A stretch of DNA of 64,000 nucleotides from Chrysomallon squamiferum (lineage: Eukaryota; Animalia; Mollusca). The notes beneath the pieces are model-generated. The model had not been told where the DNA came from and ran no database searches. It was given only the letters and a program-made list of their open reading frames with translations. The stretch is taken from positions 6,572,001 through 6,636,000 of the forward strand of contig CM022672.1 in assembly GCA_012295275.1 (NCBI GenBank), given 5' to 3'. Positions 55,701 to 64,000 of this stretch are shown in pieces (positions within the stretch are counted from its first letter, which is position 1; each line of letters opens with the position of its first letter). Made by a program: the position numbers and the translations under genes.

Positions 55701-58501
55701 AATATTAGCCCAATCAGACCAGTGGTGTGGGAGATACGGCCCACGGAATTTTGAGATTTTTGCCAAAAATGGGTGTGACCACCAACCTTAGAACCCTCAT
55801 ATCTCAGGAACTACTGGGCCAATCTTCATAAAATTGGTATTGTTAGAAAGGCAAAATGACAAGGATACGAAATCTGCCTTTTTTTTTTAGTTTGGAAAAT
55901 ATTGGAGTACCGTGACCTTTTGACCTTTGCTATGACCTTGAAATTGACCGTGTGGATCACGTGATCTTGAGATGACCTTTATTGAAATTTAATCTCCCAC
56001 ATGTTAACTAAAACATATAAAAGTTTCCTGGGTGTAATATTTTTTGTTTAGCCATAATATAGATTTAAAAAATGCACATACATGAAAATAACACATTTTC
56101 AGCCATTAACATCTGATTAACTAAAACCTGAATGATCAATTCTGGATGCTAGGGATCACCATCTTTCTTGATCATCGAGTAAGACATTGTAGGCCTACAT
56201 GTATGCATAAAGTTCACATAAATTTGAGAGAACTAGGTGTTTCTGATGCTTAACCTTCTCACGATGTTTGTTTCAAATGCTCACTGTATCCTTCATTCCC
56301 AGACACATTCTACTGTTCTCATCACTTTCATAAAATTGGATTATTTCCTCCTTCAATTCATTGTCCTTTCAATGGTAAAGGGTGACAAAATCAAGATTTG
56401 CACACGCTCTGTGTAGGATTCAGACATTAAGATGTCATTTTAATGTTACTGTAGCTGATGCTAGTTTTTTTCTGTCCTTTCATTCATTTACTGGAATGTG
56501 CTAGTGAATGGAGTTTGACAGGAGTTTCGCCTAAACTCAACAGAATAGAATTCAAATCAAAGTCCTTTTCTAGGGAAACAACAACCAGCAGTTTGTCTGG
56601 CAAGTTATCACCAAATTCTCCCATTGTAATACCACCCATACTAAAGCCATCCTCTGCAGGACCTTTGATTTCTGAAGGGTAATCAGACAGTCGCAGCACA
56701 ACTTGTCTCCTGGCACTAGTGTCTTTGGAGGATTTACTAAGCATTTGTAAGTGCCCATGCTAACAATTCTTAAAGATCTAGTGCGTGCTTGCTCAGGGTG
56801 GCGATTAAGGGGATCACAACAGTTTTTCTGCGATGTTGAAAATTTGATGAAAAGTTCTTGTTCATGATACTCTTGATGTCCTGTGTTTTGATCCCACTTC
56901 AAAGAGTGAGGAGTTCGATTTCCTCAGTTTTCCATACACTTCGCAACAACTCCTTTTTGATATGATGGTGTTGATAACACACATTTTCAGGAGAGTTAAA
57001 GCTGCAGTTAGCTCTGGAAGAAATAAGGATTTTCAGTATTGGCCTGCACCTTCAATTCAATAGAACAAAGTCAGTGCTTTCCTAAATATTAAATCAAATC
57101 CTGAAACCCTTTCAGTAAAGTTAAGCAGGTCATAAAATGGCAGCAGAGTACATGTGTTATTGCCAAAGGCCCACAAGTCTTGGGCATTTATGTCAATCTT
57201 CTCAAGTATAAATCACAGTTTATTAAGGTGAAGTAGACCTTGTTCATACTCTGTGCCGAAGACTGGGTGTACAAATACATTATGCAGTACATCACTTGAT
57301 GATGTCTGATTTCAGACTGGGTTGTACTGTTGTTGACTGAAGCCTTGTTCAAAACCAATGGCAAGGCCCACATGACATGATACAATTACTTAACAGGTTT
57401 TATGAAATAAAAATATTGTTTATGTATCAACATCTGACATTGTGTCCAACTTAAAAAGCTTCAGATTGTCAAAGAAATGCAGATGAAGAAACTTCTTTGT
57501 CTTAAACTTCTAATTGCCATGTGCTCAATGGGGATTGCACCAGGGAATCTAAAGGAGTTCCTGGCCTGCCTGAAGCATCACTTCCTGTTAACCCTTTGAG
57601 CCTGATTGTGTAGAACATGTCATGCCATTTGGCATCTTTTCATATCCTTCAGGCATTCCTTCAGACATGTCAGGTGCGTTTTAACTCCAAAGATGAATTT
57701 TTAGTCTCAGAGAAAATGTACATTGTAATGCATTGTATCAATCATCCATGCAGGTATGCATTTTTTTAAATCTCTATTATGGCTAAACAAAAAATATTAT
57801 ACCCAGGAAACTTTTATATGTGAACTTTATGCATACATGTAGGCCTACAATGTCTTACTCGATGATTAAGAGAGATGGTGATTCCTAGCATCCAGAATTG
57901 ATCATTCAGGTTTTAGTTAATCAGATGTTAATGGCTGAAAATGTGTTATTTTCATGTATGTGCATTTTTTAAATCTATATTGTGGCTAAACAGAAAATAT
58001 TACACCCAGGAAACTTTTATATGTTTTAGTTAACATGTGGGAGATTAAATTTCAATAAAGGTCATCTCAAGATCACGTGATCCACACGGTCAATTTCAAG
58101 GTCATAGCAAAGGTCAAAAGGTCAAGGTACTCCAGTATTTTCCAAACTAAAAAAAAAATGGCAGATTTGGTATCCTTGTCATTTTGCCTTTCTAACAATA
58201 CCAATTTTATGAAGATTGGCCCAGTAGTTCCTGAGATATGAGGGTTCTAAGGTTGGTGGTCATGCCCATTTTTGGCAAAAATCTCAAAATTCCGTGGCCC
58301 GTATCTCCCACACCACTGGTCTGATTGGGCTAATATTTCAGATTTGGTGCTGTGGGATCCCAGTCAACAAGTATACCAAGTTTCATAAAAATCTGAGACG
58401 GTCGGGTTTAAACCATTGGGTGATTTGACACGGAATGACCCTGAACAAAAATTAAAAAATTTCAGCCAGTCTTGGGATAAAGATGTAGAATAAGTGAAAA
58501 T

Positions 58502-58556
<55 letters not shown>

Positions 58557-59096
58557 CATACAGAACAGATAATTGGTAGTAAAGATGTAATCTGTTAAAC
58601 AGAAAAAAGTGTCACCAAATTTTGTAATCAAGTTATTAATAATAATTATTATTACATACATATTCCAAACAAAACTTCAATGTTTTTATGAAATTAGTTC
58701 ATCCAAATATTTCTTTAATTTTAAATATGTCTGTACTTCATACATATTAAAATTTGAATAAAAATGTTTAAAAATAAAGAGAAGAAATTAAAAAAAATAA
58801 TAATAATTTCAGTGAAATAGACAACATTCTTACTGATGCAGATAAAACTTGATAATTCCTCGCTGAAAATAGCCCACAGACAAAAAGTTGTCATGTTCAA
58901 GTGCTGAATTAAAACTCTGTAAAATAAGAATTTTAACAACTATTATATTATTTTATTCTTCTGTTTTAAAAATTAAAACAAACAATACATAATTCAAAGA
59001 CGAGTAAAATTGAAATACTACCTAAACTATTAAATAGCAGAAAACATTAAGATTGAGTATGTACTAAAATAGCAAGATCAGTTTATAAAATTGCTG

Positions 59097-59145
<49 letters not shown>

Positions 59146-59268
59146 TTTATTCAATTTTTCATTGGTGATTAAACTTTAAAGGGTCATAATTTTCGAACAT
59201 CACTAAAATAATTATTTAAATTAAGATCCTAATTTATTCGTTTCCAGCTGTCTTGTTTATTTGAACTG

Positions 59269-59335
<67 letters not shown>

Positions 59336-59591
59336 TAATTAATTAATTAATGATATAATTTTTTAGTTAAAAATGACAATATTTCCAAATATGAACGTTT
59401 ATCAATCTTGTACTCACTGTAACCGCACTGTCATATCGTCCAAGAAAGAAATTTAAACAGCCAATATTGTAAAGAATTTTAGACGTCTGGGAATCGATGT
59501 TTTGGAAAGTGTCGAGGGATTCTTGGTATCTTCCTTGTTCAAAAAGAATGACAGCTTCATTCCACTGAGAAATTATGTGTTTTAAGGACAT
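52749..59591 (-). CDS. NCF2: p67phox (NCF2)/NOXA1-like NADPH oxidase activator, ~316 aa: TPR domain + activation domain + Pro-rich tail
   Basis: Exons 59591-59418 (MSLKHIISQWNEAV...SKILYNIGC), 58916-58834 (D.FLSVGYFQRG), 55434-55326 (MRGFLFIIYKQLGL), 54595-54479 (VVHNLA), 53942-53838 (LFHPP...LEKKNFLGRAK), 53605-53549 (VVSCVIEDDTFVGF), 53054-52749 (Pro/Ser-rich, TGA). Motifs match p67phox; phases consistent. Orthology to NCF2 versus NOXA1 is not resolved. Confidence 0.9.
55587..58441 (-). mobile_element. Sola2-like DNA transposon with ~630-bp TIRs in intron 2 of the NCF2-like gene
   Basis: GGG...CCC termini; 4-bp TSD TGAA (55583-55586 and 58442-58445); long near-perfect TIRs (~55587-56220 and ~57815-58441); broken - strand ORF with CCDPLNRH..LRIVS..LVPGDKLCCDC and LNSILLSLGETPVKLHS. 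Superfamily assigned from recalled Sola2 traits. Confidence 0.8.
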
Positions 59592-59871
59592 TAGGAAATG
59601 TTAACTGAACAATGAGGAAGCATTTCTCTCTTTTACTAAAATTACTAAATAAACACGGAAGAGAATGCGTTAGTTTACGCGAAGGAAATCACGTACCTGA
59701 AATATTACCTAACATATCGTGATGTACCTTGAACCGTTTTTGTTAAATGGTTTTTAGGCCATATTGGTTACATTACAGTTCACAACCTTTATTTTGAGAA
59801 TGATTCAGCGTATTTATAAACAAACAGGAAGATGTCTTACTATTGTTGTTATTATTATTATTATTATTATA

Positions 59872-59906
<35 letters not shown>

Positions 59907-60349
59907 TGTAATATAGGAAGACCTAAAAAACATCTATATTATAAACAAACATGTTTCACTGTTTATAAATATTCTTAAAGATTCTCAAAGTAAAGGTATG
60001 AATCGATATATCATTAGTTATATAGATACAACTAATGATGGTAGCAACACTGATAACAGTTATAATAACTGTTGTAGCAGTAGTAGCAACATCAGTAGTA
60101 CTAGTAACAGCAACATATTTTGCAGAAGTAATTAATATAATATAATTATTCATACATAAATTCCAGCTAAATGTGATAAAAGGAATAAATTATGTAACTT
60201 TATTACAACTGATAAATTGTAATGAATATAATGATAATAATGATGATGATGGTAACCATTACGAAATGGATTTCTAAAATAACAACACTGAGGCATGTGT
60301 TTCGTTATAATTTAATACTGTTGCACACACTGACGACTGATTGGCTGTT

Positions 60350-62139
<1,790 letters not shown>

Positions 62140-62398
62140 GATTTAATATATGAGCCTAAAAAAAGAGAAAGAAATCTAATATGAAAAGAAGTTGTCTTTC
62201 TTTTATCTGTTTTTGTATATTTTATTTTTTTTATTATTATTATTCTTATTACCTTTTATCTTGTTTAAAAAAAAAAAAAAATTATTATTATTATTTAAAA
62301 CGTATTTGTAAAACCTGTAATTTTGTTGATAGTTTATTTTTATTTCTGATTCTTTTTTTAAAATAATGAATATTTTTTTTAGTTTGTAAATTATATAA

Positions 62399-62465
<67 letters not shown>

Positions 62466-62732
62466 TTTCCTATTCATAGCTGCAATTTATTAAAACACAC
62501 ATACACACACAACTCACACATACATACATACACACTCACACTCACTCACACACACACAGACACAAACCCACGCATTCACACCCACACCCACACTGAGAGA
62601 TTTACTCAGTGTAATTTCAATATTAACATATTTTAATGAACTGCTGTATAATTCATCCAGAAATTAAACGAAATTTAATCTCTGTGACTAATATGGATGA
62701 CCTAAGTGTAATGTAGGAAAAACTCGACTCAC

Positions 62733-62896
62733 CACCAAAACCAGTAAACTAAATGATTACCAAAACCTGACTTTTTTTTTAACTAGCAGATTAGACAGGT
62801 GAGATTTCTCACCGATTACATGTCCGAGTTAATCAGGAAATAAGATACACGACCTTTGCAAAAGATAAGAAATGAACACAAAAATAATTTTATATA
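62733..62896 (-). promoter_or_regulatory. Probable TATA box and non-coding first exon of the EF-hand gene
   Basis: Minus-strand TATAAAA near 62888-62894 and GTGAGT donor at 62732-62727; no usable ORF in between. Confidence 0.5.
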
Positions 62897-63373
62897 CAGC
62901 GGGGGAGTGTTTCTTTCTATTGCTGAAATGATAACCTGTTGTTCTTTTTAAATCTGTTTTTGTAAAGCATTATAGTAGTAATGATGGTGACCTTGTTGAT
63001 GTAGTAATGGGTGATTATGGTTGTGGCAGTAGTGGTGATGATGGTGGTAGTGGTAGTATTAATGTTGTAATAGTAGTAGTAGTTGTGAAGATATTAGTAG
63101 TGTAAGTAGCAATAGCGGTGATCAGGAACAGTAGAAGTGTTATTGGAGCTGCCATTACTATTAGTGATACTGCTGCTACTTCTACTGCTACTACTACTGC
63201 TACTACTGCTACTGTTACTGCTATTACTACTGCTACCACTACTACTATTATTACTGTTGCTGCTGTTATTATTATTATTATTGACGCTATTAAATAACAA
63301 CAACAACAACTAATAATAATAATAATATCTCTTTTCACATTTTTAAAACATTTTTTATTCAGTCGTTTGTGTC

Positions 63374-63435
63374 TCAAGCCAGCGACAGTTTCACCCACTG
63401 AACTGCAAATTCAGCTTCTGTTATTTGGTGGTTGT
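63374..63435 (-). CDS. Terminal exon of a second EF-hand paralog (rest probably beyond window end)
   Basis: 62-nt exon after TTTCAG encodes xNHQITEAEFAVQWVKLSLA*, same length and phase as 60411-60350 (NDGQITEAEFVVQWIKLSVG*). Confidence 0.8.
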
Positions 63436-64000
63436 CTGAAAAACATTTAAAATAAGATGGGTCAACCAGTCTTTATTAATAACAAAGTAGTAAGTTCACA
63501 GTTACGTAGAAGCAAGTAAATAAAATAAAACTCGAAAGACTGAGTCGCTAATTGCAAACTTCAGGAAATTCCACCTAATTTGTTATATAAATTTAATTTT
63601 TAATTTTTTTTAAATTTATTTATTTATTTATTTATTTTTTTTATTATTTTTTTTTTTTTGGTAGACAGAAATAAATAAAACATCAAGTATATAAAATACA
63701 TTTACAATTTTTCCTCTTACCACCAAAGATAAACATTGAGTACAAGCTATTTATTTTACTCGTGGCTAATATTAACTAATTTTGTTCACCGATACAAAAT
63801 TAATTTGAAATAAAAAAAATAACAGTAAAGCAACAGCAGCTGCAACAACAACAACAACATTTTGAAAATAGAAATTATATATATAAGAAGAAAAATAACA
63901 ACAACAACAACAACAACAACAATTATAAAAATAATAATAAAACATGTAGCAATAATAATTATGGTATTATAATAATTAATAATATTATTATATTTTTTTT

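Noticed and set aside
63715-63780. Minus-strand GTAAGA donor near 63720
   Set aside because: Adjacent sequence does not encode the expected EF-hand exon of the second paralog.

Overview
Very AT-rich, microsatellite-rich eukaryotic (animal) DNA. The secreted EF-hand family suggests a mollusc, but that is inference. Nearly all supplied ORFs are simple-repeat artefacts, and the real genes appear only by reading splice sites. Main result: bases ~1-51300 hold a head-to-tail array of five paralogous micro-exon genes (A partial, B-E) on the + strand. B-E share a TATA-Inr promoter (with an upstream GATA-CArG module in B, C and E), a non-coding leader exon and a signal peptide split over two exons. 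All five have 6-7 symmetric phase-0 micro-exons of 12-24 nt encoding highly variable Thr/Ser/Asn/Gly/Ala-rich peptides, a conserved hydrophobic terminal exon (GPI-signal-like, ...SCLP.LYA...) and a conserved 3'UTR hairpin motif. The predicted 80-98 aa products look like CD24/CD52-style surface glycopeptides built like schistosome MEGs, with visible micro-exon birth and death. The - strand carries a 7-exon p67phox/NOXA1-like gene lacking SH3 and PB1 domains, a complete 4-EF-hand secreted protein gene, and the last exon of a paralog. Mobile DNA includes Tigger-like remnants, a FLYWCH-bearing MULE derivative, a Sola2-like long-TIR element and a tRNA-like SINE. All gene models were derived by eye, without transcript evidence.
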